Positions 29,491 through 42,690 of a DNA stretch of 64,000 nt are shown here, piece after piece. The notes under the pieces are model-generated. The model was given only the letters and a program-made list of their open reading frames with translations. It was not told the origin of the DNA and searched no databases. Made by a program: the position numbers and the translations under genes. How positions within the stretch are numbered: the first letter of the stretch is position 1; the number at the start of each line of letters is the position of its first letter. Source of the DNA: Euprymna scolopes (lineage: Eukaryota); NCBI GenBank assembly GCA_053919585.1, contig JBSSHM010000070.1; one strand, written 5' to 3'.

Positions 29491-29522
29491 TAAGTGAATA
29501 ATAATTATAAAGATAGATATAA

Positions 29523-29592
<70 letters not shown>

Positions 29593-29764
29593 ATTATATA
29601 CTATATAATACAAATTATTAATAACCGTATATCTATCTGATACACCTGTAATAAAAACGCTTATTTTTCAGCATTATTCAACCACACAGAACCCCATACA
29701 GACACACACGCATACACACATACCCACACATATATATGCATAAATTTATCTATCTATCTATCTA

Positions 29765-29818
<54 letters not shown>

Positions 29819-30721
29819 CATTGCAACCAAACTATTTTATCAGTGTCTTTTGAGACGTAACATCATTTTCTAATTGTGGTCAAGATATCTTGTCAATAAA
29901 ATATAATAAACTGTGAGAAGTATGCCATCTAATCTAATCTAATCTAATATGTATTATACCAATTACCAAACTATAACAATTTCAGACGTCGTAGGTTTAC
30001 GGTAAAAATTGGTAAAAACAAGGATATGATTAGACATTAAATGCCATCTGTCATGCCAATATCGATTGAGGGCCGTTCTACTCAGGAAAGTTTGGATTTA
30101 ATTTGCCGTTTCCACAACACGTCTTATACCTTTGCATCCGTAGGTGAAAAAAAGTAGAAAAATGTAATGAGGCACAGAGAAGACAACTGAAAGATCATGG
30201 CATATCGGTTGTAAAAAGGAAAATGGAAATATTTCCTTCAGTTGGATTTTATGATAGTCGCACGTCATTTCTTTAATAATGTCTCAAAATAATCGGAAAA
30301 GTAACAGAGGCACAAAAAGCCCATCAATGGATCAACAATACAAGGTTCGACTATAAACTATAAATGTGCATAATACTGGAGTTCAGGTTGGTATTTTAGA
30401 CGGAAGAAATAGCAGATAGTGTTGCTAGTTCGGATGTTTGGGCAAATGGTTGGGTTGCTGAAAAACTTAATGCTCGATTGCGATTCAGATGAAAGTAAAG
30501 GTAGGGGGAAATTATACTTTGGCAAAGATCGTGAAAAGAGAATGTCGACTTATGACACGCGCTGAACGAGGCTCACACTAAAAGGAGTATAAAAGTCCTG
30601 GACAAAATCTGAAGATATTCGAAGGTTTACCAGTCACCTGCGACGTAAAATCTCAATGAAAACTGGATGTCCTTCATTAAGAATTTGTTATAATATGAAA
30701 TATTGAAATTAGTGAAATTAC

Positions 30722-30768
<47 letters not shown>

Positions 30769-30822
30769 TATAAAAAATACCTGCATTTGTTTAGTTTTAC
30801 AAATAAAATTTTTCATTTGAAT

Positions 30823-30888
<66 letters not shown>

Positions 30889-31074
30889 CATTAATAGAAG
30901 AGAGGGAATTTATTTTTACAAAATAGAAACATGTAGCACTATGCTACTGTTGCATTACTACGTACTGTTAGAAGTTTACGGAAGGATAAGCATAAAACTA
31001 AGTATAAAGTATAACCCAAAATGGGGCAAACATTTGAGGATTAATGTGAACATAATAATTATACGGTCTTATAC

Positions 31075-33260
31075 AGCCTACTGCGTGCAGTTTACGGACC
31101 ACACAGATAACCTTTCACTCCTTTGCGCTCGAGGGACGGTGGGGATCTTCGAGACCCTACTGACATTCTCCATAAACGGAGAGAGCATTTCGATTATCTC
31201 CTGGTCATCGAAATGCACTCTCCGTTTATGCAGAATGTCGGTAGGAAGAGGCCTTCTTACGTTGATTAGGAGTTTGTTAGGTCGATTCCTTGCAATTCGG
31301 TCAAGGATATCTTGGCAGAGGTTCCTTCTCTCCGGGAGGTATAAGCAGTTGTCTGTCAGCTGAACAATCGTCTGCATGCAGAGATCTTAAAATGTGCTGG
31401 ACCTAAGATGATGCAACGCTTAGCGGACTTGTGTAAGACTGCTTGGCGGAAGGAGGGTGTTCCGCAGAATTGGCGGGATGCAGAGATGATGGTGCTATAC
31501 AAGTGGAAGGGTACCAGAGATGAATGTGGAAACTATCGTGGTATCTCTTTATAGTCAGTACTTGGTAATGTACTCTGTAGGATCATGCTATACAGAATGC
31601 TGGAGCACATTACTGGCCAGGTTTTGTATGAGTCGCAATGTGGTTTTAGACGATGTTGAGTGGCAGAGGATATAAATTTTACAGCCAGGCAAGTACGAGA
31701 GATGTGAATAGAACAGCAAAAGCGTATGTAGCAGGGGTCATGGATTGATAAAGCCAAGAGAGATGCTTTGTAGGAGATTCTAAAAAAAAGCTTGGCTGTT
31801 CTGATATGTTTCTAACCATTTAAATCCTTCCCACGATGATATGAAGGCTGTGATAAACGTTGAGGGAAAGCTGGCGAATCCTATCTCAGTATAAAATGGT
31901 CTGGAGCAGGGAGACTGCCAGCACCCACATTCTTTGCGTTATATTTAACCAGGGTCTGATGACATTTGGCAATTGCTCTGATGGTGTCTATAGTTACCGA
32001 ACTAATGGGGGGTGTTCAACATTAGGCGCTTCAATGCAAATACGAATGTACTCACCATAACGATCCGTGACTTTTCAATGCCGATGTCTGTGATCTGGTG
32101 GCTCATACGGTGACTAATATGCAGTATGTTATTGACGACTTTGCAGTTGCTGTAGCGAATTGAGCCTGCCTATCAATCTAAAATATAATCTTAATGTATA
32201 AGCCAGCGCCAGGCATGTCATTCTATGAACCATCAGTTTCTTTCTGTGGGTCAACGATAGCGATTGCCAGTAAATTTTAATATGTGGGTAAAGTACTAAG
32301 TATGTCCGGAACCCTGGGTGTTGAGGTATCGTTACGTATCAGCAGGACAAGTAATGCCTTTGGAAAGTTTGGAAGGCGTTTGTAGACCTGTCAGGGGATC
32401 TCGCTGCCAACAAAAAATAAGGTTTATGTCGCATGCGTTCTCTCTGCTTCACTATGCATTAGACACGTCTCGAGCATGTCCACCAGAGGTGCATACGGCG
32501 GATCTTGGGATAGTTGGGACATGTATGTCAGCGATGTGCTTGAACGGATCCAATGTCTAAGGCTTACATTATTAAACACAGACTGAGGTGGAGTGGGCAT
32601 GTGATTAGGATGGTAGAGAATGGCCTCCCCAAAAAAATCCTTTATGGCAGGCTCGCCCATGGAAGACGCCTGTCTCAAAAGACTAAAATGAGATTGCATG
32701 ATTGTTTGAGGTTCACTTTAAAAAATGTGAGATAGATAAAATAACCTGGGGAGTGTTTTGCTTTGGATCAGGGAGAGTGGAGAAGGACCTTGCAGAAAGC
32801 TGTGGCCAAGTTTGATGCAGATAGACCCCAGTATGACCAGCTGAAGCGTAATATCCGGAAAAAGGAGAATAAAAGGACAGTGGATGGGTGGGGGCGCCTG
32901 ATCGGTCTGAAGTGTGAGGTGTGCGCAAGATTATGTTTGAGCAGAGCTGGGTCGAAAATCCACCAGACAACTCATCAGCGCAGTGTGCCACAATGCAGTC
33001 TCGTGTTCCCAGATCTAACTGCGGGCGGACGTAAAAAACAGCAGGTTGTTTGAAGCGGCATTTGATAATACATAGGAGTGACCACGAAAAACGTGCTGTT
33101 AGTTGCGCACATGTCCGCACAATGTGTGCCAACGAATGCCTGGGTTTGGCAGGGCTTAAAATCTACCTTCGTGCGGCCCAATACTGGTGTGTTTTCGTGT
33201 TTCTGTATATTTTTGTGCTATATCAAGTAATGGCAATGTGCGAAAACGAATTTGCTGCCA
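31075..33260 (+). mobile_element. Decayed 5'-truncated RTE-clade LINE
   Basis: Fragments AEILKCAG, PQNWRDA..LYKWKG..CGNYRGISL and RLRWSGHVIRMVENGLPKKILYG. C-terminal CEVC..H..H finger. It ends at a (CA)n/(TA)n tract. Confidence 0.88.
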
Positions 33261-33261
33261 T

Positions 33262-33313
<52 letters not shown>

Positions 33314-33667
33314 GTTTTATTTGGCAAAACTTACTAGAAGTAAATATTGTTTGGTTATGAAAGCTTTGTGTAGTTATTTATTTCAAAGCTACATTGCCTT
33401 CATTATCAGAAGAGAACGAATTTACTTTACAAAATAGCGAAATGTGGTACTATGCTTATAGGGCATGACTACGTTATGTTAGAAGTTTACAACAGGATTA
33501 TCATAAAACAAAGTAGGAAATATAAACAAAATAGGACGGATATTTTAAGATAAATATGAGCATATAAATAAATGAATAATTTTACTGACTATAATATTAA
33601 TAAAAAAAGAAAAACTTTTTTTTTTTAATACAGATATTTTAATATGTGCAATAATGTAAAAAAATAA

Positions 33668-36154
33668 CAGTGGTCAACAAATTTTTATTTTTTTCTTTGG
33701 CAGACCATCTAGGAGTGTTTTCTGGGGTTTTGAAGGTCGCTGATTACGAATATTACATTGGTTTTCTAGATTGGCTCTAGTTTAGAAGATACTGATAGCC
33801 CCAAATAAGCCTAAACTGCTAAAATTCTCCCTGAAATTCTTCAATATAGAAGCAGTAAATAATAATTGTCTGATATTATTGAATCATTATAATGATTATA
33901 TATATATTCAAGTATTTCAGGGAGAATTTTTATACAATTATTTATATAAGGAGAATGTTTATATAAGTATATACTGTAATTACTTAATAACATGTTCATA
34001 AATATAGTTGCAGTATAAATTAAACAGTAATTAAGAATTTTCTTTTTAATTCCACAGTTGAAAATGAGTTCCGGAGAGAAAATGAGTTCTTCTAGAAGAT
34101 GTTGCAGATATGAACAGGATGTCTTTTGTTACATCTGTGGACAGTATATGATGGCACAGCAAAAGAGGAATATTACAGACTTTGTCAAGAGGGCGTACAA
34201 AGCATACTTCGATATGATACTTGGTGGCCAAGACAAGTTTTGGGCCCCACATATGGTGTGCAAAACCTGTGTAGAACGGTAAGCTGAAGTTGAAGTTTGC
34301 TGTACCAATGCTGTGGAGAGAGCCCAACAATCATTTTGATGACTGCTACTTCTGTCTCAATGACATGACGGGGTTTAACAAGCACAAGAAAGCAAATTGG
34401 CAGTATCCGAGCCTTAATTCTGTTATCCGTCCTGTTGCGCACTCTGAGGATCTACCTGTGCCTGTTTTCACCAGTTTGCCTGAAATCGATGAAACCGAAG
34501 AGATTCCAGCTGATCTTTCAATATCAAGTGATGATAGCTGTAGTGACTATGTAGAACCCTCAAATGGCCCTCAGATTTTCAATCAATCTGAACTTAATGA
34601 CCTAGTGCGAGACCTTTGTTTGTCACAGGAGCAGTCTGAAGTTCTTGCATCACGACTCCAAGAGAAAAACATTCTTGATTCTGGCACAAAAGTAACATAC
34701 TATAGGACAAGGGAAGGCAGCTTGCTTCGTTTCTTTTCTAAAGAAGACGACCTGGACTTTTGTAATGACGTTTCTGCACTTCTTAACTGCATGGGGATCT
34801 CATCATATGACCAAGCAGATTGGCGTCTCTTCATAGATAGCTCGAAAGCAAGTCTAAAAATTGTACTTTTGCACAATGGACATAAGTTTGCTCCTGTACC
34901 AATTGGCCATTCTACCAAGATGAAAGAAGAGTATGATGCTATCAAATTTGTTCTTGGAAAGCTGAATTACAACACTCATAAATGGCTGATTTGTGTGGAC
35001 TTGAAAATGGTGAATTCTCTGCTTGGTCAGCAAAGTGGGTACACAAAGTATCCCCGCTTTCTTTGTTTGTGGGATAGCAGAGCAAGAATCCAGCACTGGA
35101 GAAGGGAGAACTGGCCAAGTCAGGAAAATCTCGAAGTCGGCATAGCCAACGTCATCAATGAGCCTTTGGTACCCAGGGATAGAATCATCTTCCCTCCATT
35201 GCACATAAAACTAGGGCTCATGAGGCAGTTTGTTAAGGCGTTGAACAAGGATGGGGATTGCTTCAAGTACATATGCAGGCAATTCCCAGGTCTTTCCATC
35301 GAAAAAGCTAAAGGTGCCATCTTCGATGGACCTCAGATTCGAACGCTCATGAGGGATTCTGACTTCACTAATCATATAAACACGGTTGAGTTAAATGCTT
35401 GGGTGTCCTTCACAGATGTAGTGACACACTTTTTGGGAAATCACAAAGCTGACAATTACAAGCAATTGGTCCGTAAGATGCTTACTGCATACGGAGAATT
35501 AGGGGCAAATATGAGCATTAAAGTTCATTTCTTGTTTACCCACCTCGACAGATTTCCTGTCAATCTTGGTGATTACAGTGAGGAGCAGGGAGAGAGATTC
35601 CATCAAGACATCAAAACAATGGAAGATAGGTACCAAGGCAAATGGGATGAGCACATGATGGCAGACTACTGCTGGAACCTTTTGAGAGACTGCCCAAAAG
35701 TTGCTCACAAGCGAAAATCGTATAAACTTCAATTTTAGTTTTGTGAATAAAATATTGTTTGTGTGTTCATTGTAACTAAGAATCTAGTGTATAATGTTTT
35801 GCATTAATTTATGATATATAACTTATTATGTAAATGTTTTTTTTCACTTGGAGAATTAAAATTCAACAAATTTGTAACAAATTGTTTGTATATCCTCGAA
35901 ATCTATGAAAAGGATAAATGAAATGATGTTATATCTAACTTAACTTGTTAGATTGAGATTTTACACTGCCTTTGTGGTTTCAGATTATCATAAAAATCAA
36001 CATCTGACATTTATGCACTATTTAGCCGTCTTTTTGTACGTTTAGCTATGGACGCGAATGGGTGATTTCAGACAAACGACCTCCCTGTAATATCTCAAAA
36101 ACTAGAGCCAATTTGAAAAAAATAATGTCAGATTCGGATTCAGCGCCCTTAAAA
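33668..36154 (+). mobile_element. Chapaev3-like (CMC superfamily) DNA transposon; right terminus not found
   Basis: The left end is TAA|CAGTGGTCAACAA. There is an imperfect subterminal inverted repeat, 33733-33791 versus 36091-36150 (ATTGGCTCTAGTTT / AAACTAGAGCCAAT). It encloses a transposase. The family call is from recalled motifs. Confidence 0.75.
34064..35738 (+). pseudogene. DDE transposase, Chapaev3-type, with one frameshift near 34278
   Basis: N-terminal FCYICG..WAPHMVCKTC (ORF 34058-34282) continues in a shifted frame as the 482-aa ORF. That ORF contains NHFDDCYFC, RLFIDSS, ICVDLK, PLHIKLG and SEEQGERFHQ. A splice-acceptor-like ttttaattccacag lies just before the ATG. Confidence 0.88.
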
Positions 36155-36964
36155 TGTATTTTTTGTCTCAAAACAAAATACAATGTTTTTTTCCAATGCC
36201 CAAGTTTCTTACACTTAAAAGCTGAAGGGATTTAGTCAGAAAATGTTCTAAGGATTTTAGTACAAATTGCAAATGCTAACTCCTTACACTTTTACATTTA
36301 CGAAATGAAATTTTCGCTCTAAAACCCGATTAAAAACCTCGGCACATGTCTAATTACACGTTATGTATAATTTCAAAATCTTAAACGAGACATTTACTCA
36401 TTAGTTTGTTCGAAAGCGCAAATGTCTACCCTTTTAAACTGACCGTTTTCCAGATAAAATTATCAGCTAACACTGATTGAAAAGTTTGCGCTCCGCTGAC
36501 TATATTCAATGTAAAATTTCAAATGTTTAGACCGGAAGTCGACTTTGTTATTGGATAGAGACGACAGAGGTCATACAAAATATCAACAATTGTAACACCT
36601 TTACTGTCATTGTTTTAATCTTGAATCAACTTAAACAGTTTGACATATATCCACCTAACCTACATTAAAAAGTTCAAGCGTTTGAATCAAATTGGCCAAG
36701 GAGTTTGGTAGAGCTTTCTTTAGTAAATACATTTGATCTTGACTGCTGGGCACCTACATTTTCTAAATCTTATTACACCTTATGTAAAATCTCGAGTATT
36801 TCCTTCGGGAGAAAAATGTACCCAAATACACAACAACATAGACAATTTAACATTATATGTATATATGTTCAAGTCCAACGTGAACAAGTTTCTGATGAGC
36901 CGTTCCACTTAAGTTAACAAATTTACCGAACATACATTACTATAGATTACTATATTGTCATTTT

Positions 36965-37033
36965 GACTACTCTACACTCTTTAACCCTTATCCTTGAGTG
37001 GCCTATCGGCCTTGATAAGTGATCATACCTATG

Positions 37034-37037
<4 letters not shown>
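36965..37037 (+). mobile_element. Short CR1-group LINE 3' tail
   Basis: ttaacccttatccttgagtggcctatcggccttgataagtgatca resembles the tails at 54360-54410 and 23496-23550. It ends in (TA)n. Confidence 0.6.
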
Positions 37038-37082
<45 letters not shown>

Positions 37083-39604
37083 CGGAAGTTTAAATAAAAC
37101 GATTACAAGAGATTCGGAAAGAGAAGATTATAACTTAAGNNNNNNNNNNNNNNNNNNNNNNNNNNNNNNNNNNNNNNNNNNNNNNNNNNNNNNNNNNNNN
37201 NNNNNNNNNNNNNNNNNNNNNNNNNNNNNNNNNNNNNNNNNNNNNNNNNNNNNNNNNNNNNNNNNNNNNNNNNNNTTACGAATTATGGGCCCTGGATATG
37301 ACCTAAAACAAAAAGCAAAAATCGCCCCATATATAAAACACAAATATCCAAATTACTACATTGTGTTTGCTGGTACTTCATTATAATCCACCGTTAAATG
37401 CAATGCATCGCTAATATGAGCCTACATCTAATAATTCATATCGTGTTACAAGCAAATAACATTCATCCAAATCAGCTTCTTAGTAATTTCAGCCATATTA
37501 ACCTCCATATTATCGTATAAAGATCTCTTAATTTTTAGTCCCTTGAATAATCGTCTCGCTTCGTTATATCTCTGGTGTCAGCTTCCTAATTTCCTTAGAA
37601 ATCCCTATTAAATCTAGTATCATGTAAATCAACTCCTTTATTTTATACCGACAAATTCTATCGATAATATCAAAGACTACGTTTAATTATTGGACTCATG
37701 AAAGGCACCATCAATTTTTTAGATAATTAAAATTTCACCTCCCCCAGCAATGTTAAACACTTGGAAATCTCATTTAAGATAACTCTTCTAATTGCACACT
37801 CGTTACTAACACCTTTTTAGCCTATGCAAAATAAAATACATAGTTTAACTTACCCAATATTTTTGTATTGTTGTACCTTTTAAAAACTTTAAACTGCGTA
37901 ACATTTGTGTTCTCATAAATATGCTCACTTCTTCTTTATCTTTAATTAATATACCTCTGAACCGACTAAATTCTTTGACACTCCTGCGTACAAAATAATT
38001 TTCCTGCGAAATCCCCGTATGTTTTTAATCTCACATTCTAAAACTATGGAATTTAAATATTTAATCTCCAATAAACCTTACCTTTCTTAATTATAGGCCC
38101 TCAAGATTTCTAAATACTTAAAAGATTGCATTAAACTAAGAAATCATAGCAAAAACAAAATATATATAATATGCAGTATAATAAATACGATCTACTGAAC
38201 TTTTAAACATGTCAACGCTTCCCAACCGAACATTGCTAGGTGGGTCTGGTGAATTGCATATGACGAATGCTGAAATGAGATCAGCCAGGCATGAATCAAA
38301 ATTGACCATGAGGACACTTTCTCCGTCATAAAATTCCCAAACTTACCGGCATGAGTTTTGTTGAAGCGACTTCATTATTCCAATTACATAGCGCCGCCCA
38401 TGCACTTTTCTACTCAGACCTACTTGGTGCAAGACGCAAGTATGCACTCTTCCATACCTTTTTTTTATCTTTTAATCCCGCCTTTCTTTCTAACAGTTGT
38501 ATCTTTTTCATACAAGTGCGCTTTCCATTCTCTTGTTTTCTTGATATTGTCACGTTACCCTCGAAGAGACATATTAGATTCCCTTTTCATTCGAGTTTCA
38601 CGATCTTCAGACGCAAACAAGACTTTAAGCCGAAACAATTGTAATTGACTAAGTATAAATCTGCGGTTGTGGGCATTAAAAAATAAACATATGCAGCTCT
38701 ATCAAAGTCCTGAGCAATTTTGTTGGTGTTTTTACAANNNNNNNNNNNNNNNNNNNNNNNNNNNNNNNNNNNNNNNNNNNNNNNNNNNNNNNNNNNNNNN
38801 NNNNNNNNNNNNNNNNNNNNNNNNNNNNNNNNNNNNNNNNNNNNNNNNNNNNNNNNNNNNNNNNNNNNNNNNNNNNNNNNNNNNNNNNNNNNNNNNNNNN
38901 NNNNNNNNNTGCCATTAAGCTTCACTGAATATTCCGCGTTTCATCCACTCTATGACTCTTGCGGCTTATGCGCGTATTTTGTGGTTGTCTGTTGTTTTTA
39001 TATACGCAACTTCTGTTGAGATTTTAGCTGTCTCGTATCCACCGCAACGTTCCTGTCAATCAATAAACATGCACTTATCGGACAAAGGTCTATTTGATCA
39101 CTGGTTGACCTGTTCCTTTCTGTGTGCTCTATTTAGCCTGGGTATCTAGTTTCTTCACCTGTTTTAAATCTAAATNNNNNNNNNNNNNNNNNNNNNNNNN
39201 NNNNNNNNNNNNNNNNNNNNNNNNNNNNNNNNNNNNNNNNNNNNNNNNNNNNNNNNNNNNNNNNNNNNNNNNNNNNNNNNNNNNNNNNNNNNNNNNNNNN
39301 NNNNNNGTATATTCATGATTATTTAATTTATCTATTTGTTTATTATCTATTGTTTTTGTTAGTTTAAAACTATTTTGTATCGCTATTCTAAAGTAAACTT
39401 TATATTGTGAACACAGTTGTTCGCTATTTCTCTTCTACAGCTTAATAGACGTTGGGGTTCTTCAAAGTACAGGATAGCAATTTTTTATTGAAGGCATAAT
39501 CTACATGGGTCGTCTAGGTCTCTACACGTGGTAACTTGTCTTATTATTTTTCATTTGACTACCGGCGAATGTCAGCTTTCTTTGATTTTCCATTATTTTT
39601 TTGC

Positions 39605-40178
39605 TAGCGTTGTTTTCATACGGTGTTTTTTTTATTGTTGAAACCCCGTATGAAAAACGCTAAGTAGTTTGCTAGAAACAGCGAAGGTCAACTCTTTTTA
39701 ACTTTGATTATTTCGTTGCTCAACATTTTCGGCTTAAATCGATTAAAAAGTATGTCCTATCTCATCATACCTGGTATGAAAAAAGTAAATTCTAAGACAA
39801 CAAATTTATTGAGTAATTTCGTAGAAATCCCAGATATCAATTTTTCTATAACTTTGACACCAATTAAGTACTCTTAACCATTTATTTTTGGTGGTCAAAT
39901 CAAATGAAAACGTTAGATCTATGTCCAACGAACCTACATTAAAAATCTCATGTGCTTACACCTTAAAATTGGTGGAACAGTTTGATAGAGTTCTCAAGGA
40001 TCAATCGTTGAACTTTTACCTCTTTGCAGCCAAGTTTTTGGCCGAAAACCGATGAAAAAGATTTCCTTAACCTCAATACTTTTCTTTTTCATATGTTCAG
40101 TCGGTGGACCGAAAATTGACAGTTGTTTGATAGGGAAAAGTGCAGACAGATAGACACACAGACACACACCCATTTTCA

Positions 40179-40255
<77 letters not shown>
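39605..40255 (-). mobile_element. Probable non-autonomous Helitron-like repeat
   Basis: The right side reads GACAGATAGACACACAGACACAC..ttttcactta(TA)n, the reverse complement of a typical Helitron-N 5' end. An inverted repeat lies at 39605-39662. Positions 39920-39995 are homologous to 36645-36720. Confidence 0.4.
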
Positions 40256-40257
<2 letters not shown>

Positions 40258-41007
40258 CATTAAATCAACCGATATGAGTCCATGTTTCATCACCGTTCGA
40301 TAATAGTAATAGTAATCCATGGCAGCAAGCATTCTGATTGGATAAATAACATAACTGAGCATTAATTCTACAAAAGAAAATCTCATAATATTAGTCCCGT
40401 GAATTTGTATCTGAATATTTCCTACTGAGATATTACACTGACATCTCGGGTTAGCTAAATTTATATACATTTCTAGCACTAATATATATATGCAATTGCT
40501 TGTTATTTCTTTTATTTTTCCCCTTCATCCTCACGTTTCGTCAATATTATGTTTAAAACCTTTATTTTTTATAAGGTGTGTTTCACAAAATTTGATTAAC
40601 GTTAATTACCTAAGTAGCGGTTTTCATTAACGTTTCCTGATAAAATATACCTGAGGTATTTTTTGCTTTTTGCAAAGACAGATACGTGGCATGTTTATTA
40701 ACAAGTAATGAGCATATTACGTGATATTATGGCAGTTTAGGGGAAAACTCGGTTAATAATTGTTTTAAAAAATCACGTTTTTTATAAAAGATTACTACGT
40801 ACACTTTCAACCAGAATATTTGATGCTGTATAATGTACAAAGGAGATTTCTGTAAAAAAACAACCTTCATTAAATATCGATTTCCGTCCACATGTTAATT
40901 AATACGATAAAAAAACAATTATTGCACTGAGATAGAAAACGTAATAATTTAATATTAAAAAATAATGTTATAGAATGTTATAGGGATAGAAGCGCTCACA
41001 CACACAG

Positions 41008-41077
<70 letters not shown>

Positions 41078-41299
41078 CAGAATATCCCACCAAAAGCAAT
41101 TGTTATCACTGTTTTAACTCCAACATTATAACGGGCAAATGAATGCTAGCAAAAAGTATATGATGAGAGAGAGAGAGAGGGGGGAAGAGAGAGAGAGAGG
41201 GCGAGAGAGAATTGGTTGAGAGAAATATGTATATTCAAATGAGAAATGTCACCAACAATTGGTATGTATTTTTTAACATAATTTTATTATTCCGTCTTT

Positions 41300-42690
41300 G
41301 GATTTTTTATTTATAAAATCTAGCATCATTTAATAATGTTTTTCAAACATTGAAATAGTTTTTTTTTACGCATCTCAGACGTTCTGTTAAGCATCCTCTT
41401 CAGAAAGTATTCAAAGTGTAAAATATAAAAAAAAAATATTTAAAATTTGTTCAGAATGTATAAAAGCGTTTTCGCATTCCATATTTATGAGATGTTTCCG
41501 AGCGTTGAACATCTCTATAAATGAGTCTAAATGTCTTCCCGGGCGTATTGCACCCCTACCGTTGCTTATTGGTATTGCTGTCTTTTGCCTTTCTCCCAGT
41601 TTTCTTGTTTATCCTTTTTCTTCTTTATTTATTTTCATTACTTGGGTGGAAATGAGGATCACGTGGGTATTTGGTCAAATGAGGGCATAGGGGAATGTTG
41701 GTGCATGTGTGACTGGGTCTGTGTGTGTCTGTGTTCGTGTGTTTCCTTGTACTGGTTTGTAGAATGTGTGCTATATGTCTAATAATTTTGAAACATTATA
41801 ACTTTGCTTGTCTAAGAATGCGAATGTGATACACGTTGGTTTTTTTATGTGGGGAAAACCAGCCAAAGGTAATTGGTAGCGATATTTTCATTTAATTTTT
41901 AATTTTTTTTTTAGTTTCTTTTCTGGTGATATTTGTTTTAATCTTAATCAGTTGGCTAATTCATACTATTATGTTTGTTTAAATAAAAAGGCTCATTTAT
42001 AAATAGGCGTAGGAGATTTTCTATTTATTGTCTCCTTATGGGGGTGGGGCCAGAATCATGATAGTTTTTTTTAGTGTGGGGAAGATCTCGCCCCCCAGAA
42101 GCGAGGAAGCACCTTGAACAACACAAGTCTAAGAATGAGAATTATCTCCGTCATGAAGGATATCTCTTAAACTGACCGATGGTAGGAGGGGTGCATGCAG
42201 TGTTGGAACAGATACTACACTGTGGTTTTAACCATTTTTATTATTGTATGTTACGAGGTAAGGTTAGTATTGTTTAATGCGGTATACTTAAGAAAGGGGG
42301 GTTCCAGGATCCGGTTGTATGCGTGTGTGTGTTTTAATGCATCGATTCTGACGTATGTGTGGTGTTTACATGTAGATGAACGGGCGTGTTAGTGTGATTT
42401 GCATTTCATTTGCTTGTGTGATATTAAGCTCTGTTTTATTCGGGGGTGAATCTTGTAATGACATATTTTCATGTGTAAGTAAATAAAAATAATTGTCTGT
42501 CTGGAAGATTGGCATTAATTTGAAGCTATTTTCACTGCATGCATGCTCGTGTTTTGAAACATAGATGTGTCTTTTATCTCCAATTTTAATGTTGCTCTCA
42601 TATACTGCCATCTATTGCAGAAGTTTTTGGTGGTGACTATGTAAGAGTTGTCATATGCTGTGCATTATTAAATTCGAAAGAGTTACTTTT
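41300..42690 (-). mobile_element. Penelope-like element 3' fragment (GIY-YIG end and 3' terminal region)
   Basis: ORF 42366-42611 (..HACSENSFKLMPIFQTDNYFYLLTHE..) aligns by eye with 59960-60240. The downstream region is collinear with 58900-59900. Confidence 0.8.
41352..41412 (-). ncRNA. Degenerate PLE-type hammerhead ribozyme
   Basis: Minus strand: ttt-CTGAAGA-GGATG(cttaacagaa)CGTCT-GAGATGC-GTA-aaa. GAAA is mutated to GAGA. It sits at the same position as the 58932-58992 copy. Confidence 0.55.

Noticed and set aside
34290-35738. Domesticated host gene
   Set aside because: It retains transposon ends, has an upstream frameshift and has lost a conserved Cys.
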